Assembly: GCA_965541585.1 (NCBI GenBank)
Contig: CBEUCH010000021.1
Span: 1 to 44,560 of the forward strand
Direction of reading: 5' to 3'
Source of the DNA: an uncultured bacterium
GTDB lineage: Bacteria > Zixibacteria > MSB-5A5 > UBA10806
DNA length: 44,560 bases
Below are positions 29,459 through 38,324 of this stretch, piece after piece. Position 1 is the first letter of the stretch. Each line of letters opens with the position of its first letter. The position numbers and the translations under genes were made by a program. The notes under the pieces were generated by a model. It saw only the letters and a list, made by a program, of their open reading frames with translations, was not told the origin of the DNA and made no database searches.

Positions 29459-31774
29459 CTACTTCAATAAGATCATCTTTCTCATACCCGATATTTCGCC
29501 GGCATTTATCCTGTAAAAATAAACGCCGGACGCTTGCTCCCTCGCATCCCAGACAACCCGATAACTCCCGGCCCGCTGATCCTCACCCACAAGCCTCTCC
29601 ACCCTGCGGCCGAGCAGATCGTAAATATCCACGGTAACGAATGCTTGCTCCGGAAGGTCGTATTCGATGGTGGCGGAGGGGTTGAACGGGTTCGGGTAGC
29701 TGGATGCCGAAAAGGCCGCCGGCAGAGTATTGTCAACCAGGTCGATACCGGTCCGGGTTCTGGTAATCGTCCAGACGGAAGCACCCCAGTGACCAACGAA
29801 AATCCTGCTGGTGTCAATAGGATCTATCACCGTCCGCCCCTTGATAATAGTAGTCTCCATATTCAGGTTGAAATCCTCCCAACTTCCGCCGCCGTCATGC
29901 GATTGGAAAAAACCGCGATTATCAGATAGGGCAAAGATATTATCGGGGTTAAGAGGGTTTACAGCCAGACCGCTGAAACCTTGGTTAGCGCTGTCACGCG
30001 GGATATTATTACCGATTTCAGCCCAACTCAGACCGCTGTTTGTCGATTTATACATTTCGAAATCGGGGTATCCCCCCACGGTTATATAGACTATATCGGG
30101 ATTTACCGGGTCACAGGCTATTAGCCTTACATCGCTCGGCGAGTTTGTCAGAGCTTCCCAGGATTCGCCGCCATTTGTGGATTTGTATGGAAAACCGGAC
30201 CAACCACTGATAAAGACAAGATCGGGATTTACAGGACTAACGGCGAGGGCGTCTTCGCAATCAATATCCGACGGAAGCCCTCCCTGGCAGAAGGACCAAC
30301 TCATGCCGAGATCATCGGAGCGGAAAAGACCCTCGCTTGATCCCATAAGCAAGCGGCGCGTGCCATTTCCGTAATCAACCACGGCTATTTCCGTATAAAC
30401 TCTACCGCGAGGCAGGCCCTCCGTGAACAACTCCCAGGTCGCCCCGCCGTCCGTGGAACGGTACAGTGCGCCGTTATAATCATAATCGTCATGACCGCCA
30501 TAACTTACATATACATAAGACGGATCATAAGGGTCAACCTCGACACTGACTCCACCGAAAAAGTAATTGGAGTCGGGGAAATCCAATTGGACATATTCCC
30601 AGCTTGCCGCCCCGTCGGCAGAGATATAAAGTCCATTCTTCGTTCCCGCAAATAAAGTATCCGGATTGTGCCGGTTGACGGCGATATTGTGTATCTGGGC
30701 GCCGGTAACGTTGTAGCTGATCTTCTGCCAACTGGCGCCGTCATTTGTAGACTTGTAGATCCCGCCGGCATAAAAGCCGAGATATATAATGCCGGTCGCG
30801 GGATCGGAAGTCAACGTCTGCGCCCGGCGACATGCGCCTATAACACCCTGGTTAGCCTCCTCCCAGGTCTCGCCGCCATCGGTGCTTCTCAGGACTCGGT
30901 CGGCTCTACTGCAAACAATAATAATATTATGATCGAGGGGGGCTACCTCAACGTTATACAAATAGCTTTCAGACAGGCCCTGTGGCGTAATGTCGGTCCA
31001 GCTTCCTCCGCCATCGGTCGACTTGGACAGGAGCCATTCGTATGAGGATTCAGAACGTCCGGTTATATATAGAATCTCAGGATCGACAGGGTCTATCTCT
31101 ATATCGGTTCCGCCGGCGACCTGGCGGTTATTGGAGATATTCTGCCAACTGGCGCCGGAATCGGTGCTTTTCCACGTGCCTGTAGCCGGACCCTGGTATT
31201 GAGCCGCCAGGTATATTATGTTGGGGCTGACCGGGTTGGCTTTGATCGCCCCTGTAGCGAACGGAATTCCAAGCCAGGTTGCTCCTCCGTCCGTGGATCT
31301 GAAACTTCCCCCGGAGTAGCCATTACCAACAAACAGAACAGGCGGATCAGTTCGGGAGAGTTCCATACGACTCCATTCCGAAGTAGGCCACTGCAGGGGT
31401 AGGCGTGACCAGCTCTGCCCGGCATCTGTACTTTTATAGGCGCCTCTGACGGTGCCGATAAATATGGTATCCGGCCCGAAGGGGTGAATCTTCACAACCC
31501 GGACATTCCGTGCTTCCATGCGTCCTTCAGAATCAGGTGAACCGGGGAAATGCGACCATTCGGCGCCGCCGTCGGTGGTCTGGAATATGAAGTTTTCCAG
31601 GGTCGCTATATAAAGGCGTTGGTTATCTGCCGGGTCGATGGCGATAGACCAGACCGAAGCGTCGTAAGGCCCGCCGCTGGTCCAGGTATCCTCCTGGGCG
31701 AGGGCTATCTGGATCTGCGCCAGAGCCAGAAACGCGATGCCCGCCAGAATACAAAGCGGTGTCCCGGTTCTCAT
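29459..31774 (-). CDS. Secreted BNR/YCF48/VPS10-type beta-propeller protein with FlgD/T9SS-type C-terminal domain
   Basis: Many S.DGG.TW (Asp-box) repeats; likely start MRTGTPLC at 31774 with GGAGAG upstream; 'SYPNPFNPSATIEY...SGVYFYRI...KMILLK'. Confidence 0.9.
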   Translation of the reverse strand: MRTGTPLCILAGIAFLALAQIQIALAQEDTWTSGGPYDASVWSIAIDPADNQRLYIATLENFIFQTTDGGAEWSHFPGSPDSEGRMEARNVRVVKIHPFGPDTIFIGTVRGAYKSTDAGQSWSRLPLQWPTSEWSRMELSRTDPPVLFVGNGYSGGSFRSTDGGATWLGIPFATGAIKANPVSPNIIYLAAQYQGPATGTWKSTDSGASWQNISNNRQVAGGTDIEIDPVDPEILYITGRSESSYEWLLSKSTDGGGSWTDITPQGLSESYLYNVEVAPLDHNIIIVCSRADRVLRSTDGGETWEEANQGVIGACRRAQTLTSDPATGIIYLGFYAGGIYKSTNDGASWQKISYNVTGAQIHNIAVNRHNPDTLFAGTKNGLYISADGAASWEYVQLDFPDSNYFFGGVSVEVDPYDPSYVYVSYGGHDDYDYNGALYRSTDGGATWELFTEGLPRGRVYTEIAVVDYGNGTRRLLMGSSEGLFRSDDLGMSWSFCQGGLPSDIDCEDALAVSPVNPDLVFISGWSGFPYKSTNGGESWEALTNSPSDVRLIACDPVNPDIVYITVGGYPDFEMYKSTNSGLSWAEIGNNIPRDSANQGFSGLAVNPLNPDNIFALSDNRGFFQSHDGGGSWEDFNLNMETTIIKGRTVIDPIDTSRIFVGHWGASVWTITRTRTGIDLVDNTLPAAFSASSYPNPFNPSATIEYDLPEQAFVTVDIYDLLGRRVERLVGEDQRAGSYRVVWDAREQASGVYFYRINAGEISGMRKMILLK

Positions 31775-31820
31775 TTTCTCTCCCTTTTTCTTGCGTTGTT
31801 TATTGGTTCCAGTGTCAACT

Positions 31821-31860
31821 TGTCGGGTTTTTCGGCTGAGCCTCAAAATCCGACCCCTAC
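31821..31860 (-). repeat. GTAG-type REP-like palindrome, second copy
   Basis: TGTCGGGTTTTTCGGCTGAGCCTCAAAATCCGACCCCTAC, just after the 31867 stop. Confidence 0.6.
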
Positions 31861-31866
31861 GTTTTA

Positions 31867-34161
31867 TTACTTTAATAAAATCATCTTCCTCATATCCGAT
31901 ATTTCGCCAGCATCTATCCTGTAAAAATAAACGCCAGACGCTTGCTCCCTCGCATCCCAGACAACGCGATAATTCCCGGCCCGCTGATCCCGGCTGACGA
32001 GCCTCTCAACCTTGCGGCCCAGCAGATCGTAAATGTCCACGGTGACGAAGGTTTCCACCGGCAAGCTATATTCGATGGTCGCGGAGGGATTGAACGGGTT
32101 CGGATAGCTCGATGCCGAAAAGGCCGCCGGCAGAGTATTGTCAACCAGGTCGATACCGGTTTGGGTCCTGGTAATCGTCCAGACGGAACCGCCGTCGATG
32201 GCCAGAAAGATCCTGCTGGTGTCGACCGGATCTATCAATGTGTAGCCCATAATAACGGTAGTTTCCATATTCAGGTTGAAATCCTCCCAACTACCCCCCC
32301 CGTCATGCGATTGGAAAAACCCGCGGTTATAGGATAAAGCAAAGATGTTATCGGGGTCAAGAGGGTTTACAGCCAGGCCGGTGAAAACCGGGAAAATGCT
32401 CTCACGCGGGATATTATTACTGATTTCAGCCCAACTCAGACCGCCGTTTGTCGATTTATATATCTCAGCGGTTGATAGAAATCCCCCGACTATATAGATT
32501 ATATCAGCGTTCAGCGGATCACAGGCGATTCCATCATATATTGTTCCTATATGGAAATTTGGCAAAGATGCCCAGGTTTCGCCGCCATCGGTGGTTTTGT
32601 ACAACCGGCCCGAAGACCAGTTCGGCTCGCCGACAAAAACAAGGTCCGGATTTACCGGGCTGACCTCGACAGCGACTACTTCGATATCCGCGGGTAACCC
32701 CCCCGCGCAAATAAACCAGCTTTCGCCGAGATCGTCGGAACGGTAAAGACCATCATTTGACTCGATAAACAGCCGGCGAACGCCGTTGCCATAATCTGCC
32801 ACGGTTATTTTGCCATAACTGTTATCCGGAGGCAGCCCCTGTGTGAATGACTCCCAGGTCGCCCCGCCGTCCGTGGAACGATAAATCTCGCCACGGCTCC
32901 ATGTCACATATATATAAGACGGATCATAAGGATCTATCTCAACATAGTATCCACCCCGTACGCCATCGGCGGATCTTAAGTCGACATACTCCCAGCTTGC
33001 CGCTCCGTCGACGGACATGTAAACCGCGTTCAACGTGGCCACAAATAAAATATCGGGATCGCGCCGGTTGGCGGCGATGCCATGGACCTGCGAGCCGGTA
33101 ACGTTGTAGCTGATCTTCTGCCAGCTGGCACCGTCATTTGTAGACTTGTAGATCCCGCTGGCATAAAAGCCGAGATAGATGATGCCGGTCGCATGATCGG
33201 AGGTTAATGTCTGCGCCCTGGTTTCCGTGCCGATAATACCCTGGTTCGCCTCCTCCCAGGTCGCTCCGCCGTCGGTGCTTCTCAGAACCCCGTCGGCCCT
33301 GCTACAGACGATGATAGTATTATGATCGAGGGGGGCTACCTCAACATTATAAAGCTCGCCTTCAGTCAAGTCGGGAGGCGTTATATCGATCCAGGTTCCT
33401 CCCCCGTCGATGGACTTAGACAGGCGCCATTCGTACGAGGGTCCAGAACGCCCGGTTATATATAAAATTTGAGGATCGACCGGGTCGATCTCTATATCCG
33501 TTCCGCCGGCGACCTGGCGGTTATTGGAGATATTCTGCCAGGTGGCGCCGGAATCGGTGCTTTTCCACGTGCCTGTAGACGGACCCTGGTATTGAGCCGC
33601 CAGGTATATTATGTTGGGGCTGACCGGGTCGGCTTTTATCGCCCCTGTAGCAAAGGGAATTGCAAGCCAGGTTGCTCCTCCGTCCGTGGATCTGAAACTT
33701 GCCCCGGGGAAACCGTTAGCAACGAACAGAACAGGCGGATCAGTTCGGGAGAGCTCCATGCGATCCCATTCCGACCCGGGATATATCAAAGGCAAGCGAG
33801 ACCAACTCTGTCCGGCATCTGTACTTTTATAGGCGCCTCTGCCGGTGGCGATGAAGATGGTATCCGGCCCGAAGGGGTGAATCTTCACAACCCGGACATT
33901 CCGAGCTTCCATGCGTCCTTCAGGATCAGGAGAACCGGGGATATGCGACCATTCGGCGCCGCCATCGGTGGTCTGGAATATAAAGTTTTCCAAGGTGGCT
34001 ATATAAAGGCGTTGATTATCTGCCGGGTCGATGGCGATTGACCAGACCGAAGCCTCATAAGGCCCGCCGCTGGTCCAGGTATCCTCCTGGGCGTGGGAAA
34101 CCCTGACCACAGCCAGAATCACGGCAATCGTAAGCAGACAAAAGTACCTACGGCTTTCCAT
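31867..34161 (-). CDS. Tandem paralog: BNR/YCF48-type beta-propeller protein with FlgD/T9SS-type C-terminal domain
   Basis: 764 aa with long near-identical stretches to 29459-31774. Confidence 0.92.
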   Translation of the reverse strand: MESRRYFCLLTIAVILAVVRVSHAQEDTWTSGGPYEASVWSIAIDPADNQRLYIATLENFIFQTTDGGAEWSHIPGSPDPEGRMEARNVRVVKIHPFGPDTIFIATGRGAYKSTDAGQSWSRLPLIYPGSEWDRMELSRTDPPVLFVANGFPGASFRSTDGGATWLAIPFATGAIKADPVSPNIIYLAAQYQGPSTGTWKSTDSGATWQNISNNRQVAGGTDIEIDPVDPQILYITGRSGPSYEWRLSKSIDGGGTWIDITPPDLTEGELYNVEVAPLDHNTIIVCSRADGVLRSTDGGATWEEANQGIIGTETRAQTLTSDHATGIIYLGFYASGIYKSTNDGASWQKISYNVTGSQVHGIAANRRDPDILFVATLNAVYMSVDGAASWEYVDLRSADGVRGGYYVEIDPYDPSYIYVTWSRGEIYRSTDGGATWESFTQGLPPDNSYGKITVADYGNGVRRLFIESNDGLYRSDDLGESWFICAGGLPADIEVVAVEVSPVNPDLVFVGEPNWSSGRLYKTTDGGETWASLPNFHIGTIYDGIACDPLNADIIYIVGGFLSTAEIYKSTNGGLSWAEISNNIPRESIFPVFTGLAVNPLDPDNIFALSYNRGFFQSHDGGGSWEDFNLNMETTVIMGYTLIDPVDTSRIFLAIDGGSVWTITRTQTGIDLVDNTLPAAFSASSYPNPFNPSATIEYSLPVETFVTVDIYDLLGRKVERLVSRDQRAGNYRVVWDAREQASGVYFYRIDAGEISDMRKMILLK

Positions 34162-34400
34162 TTTTTCTCTCCTCCTGCGTTGTTCAGTTGTTCATCGGAT
34201 CCAGTGCCGTCATCCACCTGTCTGCCGACCTGCATTTTTCCTATAGCCCCTGAGCCTGGCGGTTTGCTTTTTTGATTCTAATTATTTTACATGGTGCCGG
34301 ATTCGGAATCCGACACCACAAAATCTGTTTAGCTTCTTTCCTCCTTCCTTTTCCCGCCCCCCCGGGCGGGCAAATACAGTTACTCATAATTTCTTCTTAC

Positions 34401-34513
34401 TTGACGTCCCTTATGGTCGGCGCTTATATTGCGGTCGGGTTACTTAATGTATAGAAGTATAAGGGACCCGTTCACTGAGCCGTCAAGCCTCAACCTTGCC
34501 GGCTCACTTTTTT
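34401..34513 (+). promoter_or_regulatory. Conserved element downstream of TrmB gene, copy 2
   Basis: TTGACG (34401)-18 bp-TATATT (34425); GTCCCTTAT 34406-34414 / ATAAGGGAC 34459-34467; hairpin 34476-34506 followed by a T-tract. Confidence 0.65.
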
Positions 34514-34526
34514 ATTATAAAGATTG

Positions 34527-35423
34527 TCACATCTTCTTCAATAAATCCTCCAGAACGTTGTAGTCTTCGGCTTGTTCCCATAATGTCTCAAATGTGATTT
34601 TTAAGGTTTTTGCCAGATTGCTGTGTTCGACAACTTGAAATGTAAAAGACTCGCCAACGGAAATATGGTCTTTCAATTGAAATATAGCGACTTTCTCATC
34701 AAAGACCGCCATTTTCATTGGCAACTCCGCGATCACGCGGTTTTCATCACAGTCAAGCTCGGCAGTTTCGCGAATGAATTTAAGCTTCAAATGAAGTTCT
34801 TCTTTGGTTTTAGGAATTTCATGAATAGTTTTAATTCTAATCTTCCCGGCCTTGAGCAATTCAGCCTGTTGCGTTTCTTGTTCTTTTATCGTCTCATTAT
34901 CGACAGTGTAGGGAGGTTTGTCAAAAACCAACATCTCCTTTTCAGCCTTGCCCACCAATTCCATATACCTTTTATGAATCTGATAGGAGTTTTTTATGAT
35001 CTCGATAAAATCCATGGGGTTTTCATTGGAGCGGCTGTTCCTGTAAATAGGCGTTAGTTTATCCAGCAGGTCGGTCACATTTTCGCGAGCCGCTTTCTTT
35101 TCTGACAATATCTCTTCTTGTTTCTCATACAGCTTATTAAGCCTGCCTTCAAACGAACGGTCAAGAGCCTCGAGCGCTTTCTTTTCCAGCGAAGCGGGGT
35201 CAGCGGCGCTATATTTTCTTATCTTCCCCGGTTTCGATACGCAAAATCCCTTGGCCAATAACTTCTCGAGCGCTTCGTAAGCGTTGGCGCGAGGGATTCC
35301 GGCTATTCTGGCAACCTCCGCAACGGACAACGTATGCTTTTCCAATAGTGAAAGATAACATCTTGTTTCATAAGGGCTTAGCTTTAACTCTTTGAACTTC
35401 GTAATGATAACCCCGTTACTCAT
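34527..35423 (-). CDS. TrmB-family transcriptional regulator (single 22-aa coiled-coil unit)
   Basis: Clear paralog of 9646-10668 (AGIPRANAYEALEKLLAKG; DFIEIIK; LPMKMAVFD; WEQAEDY...DLLKKM). Confidence 0.9.
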   Translation of the reverse strand: MSNGVIITKFKELKLSPYETRCYLSLLEKHTLSVAEVARIAGIPRANAYEALEKLLAKGFCVSKPGKIRKYSAADPASLEKKALEALDRSFEGRLNKLYEKQEEILSEKKAARENVTDLLDKLTPIYRNSRSNENPMDFIEIIKNSYQIHKRYMELVGKAEKEMLVFDKPPYTVDNETIKEQETQQAELLKAGKIRIKTIHEIPKTKEELHLKLKFIRETAELDCDENRVIAELPMKMAVFDEKVAIFQLKDHISVGESFTFQVVEHSNLAKTLKITFETLWEQAEDYNVLEDLLKKM

Positions 35424-35440
35424 TCAGCCTCCACAAGCCG

Positions 35441-35501
35441 TTGTTGTAGTGGTTCATTTCACAACCACAACAAGTATAAATAGCCTGAGCCGTTTTGTCA
35501 A
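35441..35501 (-). promoter_or_regulatory. TrmB promoter with overlapping TTGTTGT...ACAACAA inverted repeat (span 33 bp)
   Basis: TTGACA (rc 35496-35501)-17 bp-TATACT (rc 35473-35478); arms 35441-35453 and 35461-35473 (11/13 complementary). Confidence 0.7.
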
Positions 35502-35658
35502 GAAAAAAAATCTCACTTTTTGTCTTTTTTTTGAAAAATCTTTGATCTTGTTTATCTGTTTTTGCTTCAATAAGTTCCCTTTACTTAAATCTCCCCCCGG
35601 CTTATGCCGGAGGGAGCGGGACCTCCTGGATCAGGAGGTTTGCGCTAAGACATAGCCT

Positions 35659-36096
35659 CTACGGATTGAAGCGTTGGTAGCCGAGATACATGCCTGTGAA
35701 ATGGCCCGTCGCATCAAGCGGAGAGGCAGCAAGTTCCATCCTGCCCCTGAGAGTCGAACTAGTAATTGTGTCCGATCCACATTTGAAATAGACGCCCGCT
35801 GAATAATCCTCCGAGTCTATGCATTCTCCAGGACAGTTGCCTTGCACGTTCGTATCGTCAATCTTGATCAATACTCTGGTCATTGTGGCGTTGCTCTTGA
35901 GCGTACGAACGAAATCTATCTGCCATTTGACGTTGGTATATACACCAGAAGGAACAGTGAATCCTGACTGAGCGGGCAATGCGGTATCGTTGACCGGTCC
36001 GAAACGGTCGTCATACGAAGATGGACAATCTGCCTGGGCTGTACCTGCCGTTAAGGCAAAGGCCGAAATTGCTACGATAGTGATTAAGTAACGCAT
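35659..36096 (-). CDS. Small secreted protein, novel paralog family member 1
   Basis: Signal peptide MRYLIT..AQA; family motifs LP..S, W...F.RT, IDSEDY..G, MEL, G.F..M.L.Y; AAGGAG RBS. Confidence 0.85.
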   Translation of the reverse strand: MRYLITIVAISAFALTAGTAQADCPSSYDDRFGPVNDTALPAQSGFTVPSGVYTNVKWQIDFVRTLKSNATMTRVLIKIDDTNVQGNCPGECIDSEDYSAGVYFKCGSDTITSSTLRGRMELAASPLDATGHFTGMYLGYQRFNP

Positions 36097-36213
36097 CTTT
36101 TACTCCTTGTTTTGTCGTTTTTAGAATTACATTTTCTTCGGTAAACGTTTGTGCCGGTTCTCTTCAGGCGGAGCCCTGGCTTGCCGGTTTGACCTTATAA
36201 ATCGTCGTTTCCA

Positions 36214-36240
36214 CCGCAAAATTTTGCCCCCCTTTTACGG
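36214..36240. promoter_or_regulatory. 16-bp near-palindromic box CCGCAAAATTTTGCCC plus CCCTTTTACGG (candidate LuxR-type operator)
   Basis: The same motif lies upstream of all four family genes (36214, 36883, 37510/37526, 38059/38075). Confidence 0.7.
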
Positions 36241-36333
36241 TTTGTCAGTTCTTTGCTACTAAAATCTCCCCCCGGCACGAGCCGGGGGGAGCGGGACCTC
36301 CTGGATCAGGAGGTTTGCGCTAAGACATAGCCT

Positions 36334-36768
36334 CTACGGATTGAAGCGTGTGTAGCCGAGATACATGTCTTCGAAATGGCCTGTCTCATCAAGATTCTTA
36401 TCGGAGCTAAGCTCCATCTTGCCCCTGAGAGTCGAACCAGTAATTGTGTCCGATCCATTGTGGGAACCGGCGCCCTCTGAATAATCCTCCGAGTCTATCC
36501 ATTCTTCGACCGGAGAAGAGTCGCCTTGCACGTTCGTATCGTCAATCTTGATCAATACTCTGGTCTTCGTGGCGTTGCTCTTGTCCGTACGAACGAAATC
36601 TATCTGCCAGCTGACGTTGGTATATACACCAGCAGGAACGGTGAATCCCGACTGAGCGGGCAATTCGTCATCGTCCTTCGGTCCGAAACGATCGTCATAC
36701 GCCTGGGCCGAGCCGGCCATTAGGGCAAAGGCCGAAATCGCCAGGATAGTGATTAAGTAACGCATCAT
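36334..36768 (-). CDS. Small secreted protein, family member 2 (cysteine-free)
   Basis: Close paralog of 35659-36096. Confidence 0.85.
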   Translation of the reverse strand: MMRYLITILAISAFALMAGSAQAYDDRFGPKDDDELPAQSGFTVPAGVYTNVSWQIDFVRTDKSNATKTRVLIKIDDTNVQGDSSPVEEWIDSEDYSEGAGSHNGSDTITGSTLRGKMELSSDKNLDETGHFEDMYLGYTRFNP

Positions 36769-36985
36769 TTACTCCTTGTTTTGTCGTTTTTAGAATTACA
36801 TTTTCTTCGGTAAACGTTTGTGCCGGTTCTCTTCAGGCGGAGCCCTGGCTTGCCGGTTTGACCTTATAAATCGTCGTTTCCACCGCAAAATTTTGCCCCC
36901 CTTTTACGGTTTGTCAGTTCTTTGCTACTGAAATCTCCCGGACGGAGATTCCCTCATACAATACGTTGTCGCCGGACTATACCCC

Positions 36986-37396
36986 CTATGGCGAGTAGAT
37001 TTTGTACTTTAGCTTCAAGTCTTTAAATACGCCCCGGCTATTGCATACGGGGTCAAGCTCCATCCTACTCTGTATGGGCGTACCTATAATAAGGCATGAG
37101 CCTCTAATTTTGTAGCTGCCCGGCATATAGTCCCTGGAGTCTATTGATATGGTATCACAGTCCGTACCATTTATCGTTACGTGTACTATGCAACATCCTG
37201 TGGTTCTGCTCGTACGGGTAAATTTAAAGTACCAATTGACGGCTGTACAGCCTGCGGGATCAATCGCGCTGCTGGAATCAGGCAAATCCCCACAGTCCTC
37301 GACATACAAGATATCGAAGTTCGGGCATTGGGCTTGGGCGGTGCCTGCCGCTACGGCAAGAGCCAGAACCGCTAATAAGATTATTGTGTACCGCAT
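36986..37396 (-). CDS. Small secreted protein, family member 3 (8 Cys)
   Basis: Signal peptide ..AGTAQA; LPDSS, VNWYFKFTRT, IDSRDYMPG, RMEL, GVFKDLKLKY. Confidence 0.85.
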   Translation of the reverse strand: MRYTIILLAVLALAVAAGTAQAQCPNFDILYVEDCGDLPDSSSAIDPAGCTAVNWYFKFTRTSRTTGCCIVHVTINGTDCDTISIDSRDYMPGSYKIRGSCLIIGTPIQSRMELDPVCNSRGVFKDLKLKYKIYSP

Positions 37397-37493
37397 TTTC
37401 TCTCTCCTTGAAAAGTCAGTTAAAGTTTACAGGCAAACTCATACAGGATCGGGCCGGCCGCAGGCGGAGGCCGCGCCCTCCTGTCTATGCGGT

Positions 37494-37552
37494 GAGAGTA
37501 TTTCGCCCCCCGTAAGATTTAGCCCCCGTAAAATTTTGCCCCCCTTTTACGG
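37494..37552. promoter_or_regulatory. Tandem copies of the 16-bp box upstream of member 3
   Basis: CCGTAAGATTTAGCCC (37510) directly followed by CCGTAAAATTTTGCCC (37526) and CCCTTTTACGG; degenerate third copy at 37494. Confidence 0.7.
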
Positions 37553-37577
37553 TCTATCAGCCCCGCCGCCGGCGGGG

Positions 37578-37970
37578 CTAACGGTAATCGTACACTTCCA
37601 ACTCCATATCCTCAAAGTAGCCGCATGATCCGCTTATCAGAGTTATCTCGAGTTGATTCTCCGGGGAAAAGACGAGGCCAGACCACTCAAGATGGTGCCG
37701 TCCGGGAGGGTAATCCTCTGAGTAGAGCCACTCCAGCGCGTTCGTACCCAGGATCCTGACAATTATGGTGGCCTGGCCGACAGTCATTTCCGTTCGGGTG
37801 AAATGGAAACTCCATTTAAACTCGGAGCAAGCTTCGGCTGAATACGCGGCCGAAGAATCAGGGAGGGCACAATCCGACTTGACCTGCATCCGCTTGAATG
37901 AAGTCAAGCAGTCACTTATCGCTGCCGGGGCAGAAACCAAAATGACTAAAATGGTGAGCAAATACCACAT
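37578..37970 (-). CDS. Small secreted protein, family member 4
   Basis: Signal peptide; DCALPDSS, KWSFHFTRT, YSEDYPPG, GYFEDMEL. Confidence 0.8.
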   Translation of the reverse strand: MWYLLTILVILVSAPAAISDCLTSFKRMQVKSDCALPDSSAAYSAEACSEFKWSFHFTRTEMTVGQATIIVRILGTNALEWLYSEDYPPGRHHLEWSGLVFSPENQLEITLISGSCGYFEDMELEVYDYR

Positions 37971-38058
37971 TCTCTCCCCCCTGTTAACTTGCTGTTATCC
38001 CGTCTTAGCGTGACCGAGGCGGTTCCAGGACAAGACCTTGATGCCCCGCCTGTATGAC

Positions 38059-38100
38059 CGGGATATTTTCGCCGCCGCATATTTTCGCCCCCCTTTTTTG
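38059..38100. promoter_or_regulatory. Tandem copies of the 16-bp box upstream of member 4
   Basis: CGGGATATTTTCGCCG (38059) followed by CCGCATATTTTCGCCC (38075) and CCCTTTTTT. Confidence 0.65.
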
Positions 38101-38324
38101 CGTATTTTCAGCTATTCATTGCTCAAAGCGCCGCTCGGTCTTCATTATGACAACCCGATGAAGAGAATGGCTCGGCTCGCCGGGAGAAACCGCTGGCAAA
38201 ATGCTTCATGAAAACGAATCTTAAAAAACCCCCCTATAAATAGCTCTCGTGGGGGTAATATTGCCGGATCTATAAAAGCTGTCAATAGGGCTTGATTGGG
38301 TTAATATTGGGTAATGAATATTAC

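Larger units (their letters stand above)
35587..36939. repeat. Tandem duplication of a ~670-bp gene unit
   Basis: 36099-36260 is identical to 36768-36929, and the 3' flank 35587-35675 matches 36262-36350. Confidence 0.92.

Noticed and set aside
29459..34161. Diversity-generating retroelement or retron explaining the paralog repeats and inverted repeats
   Set aside because: There is no reverse transcriptase in the window, and the differences include indels rather than being adenine-specific.
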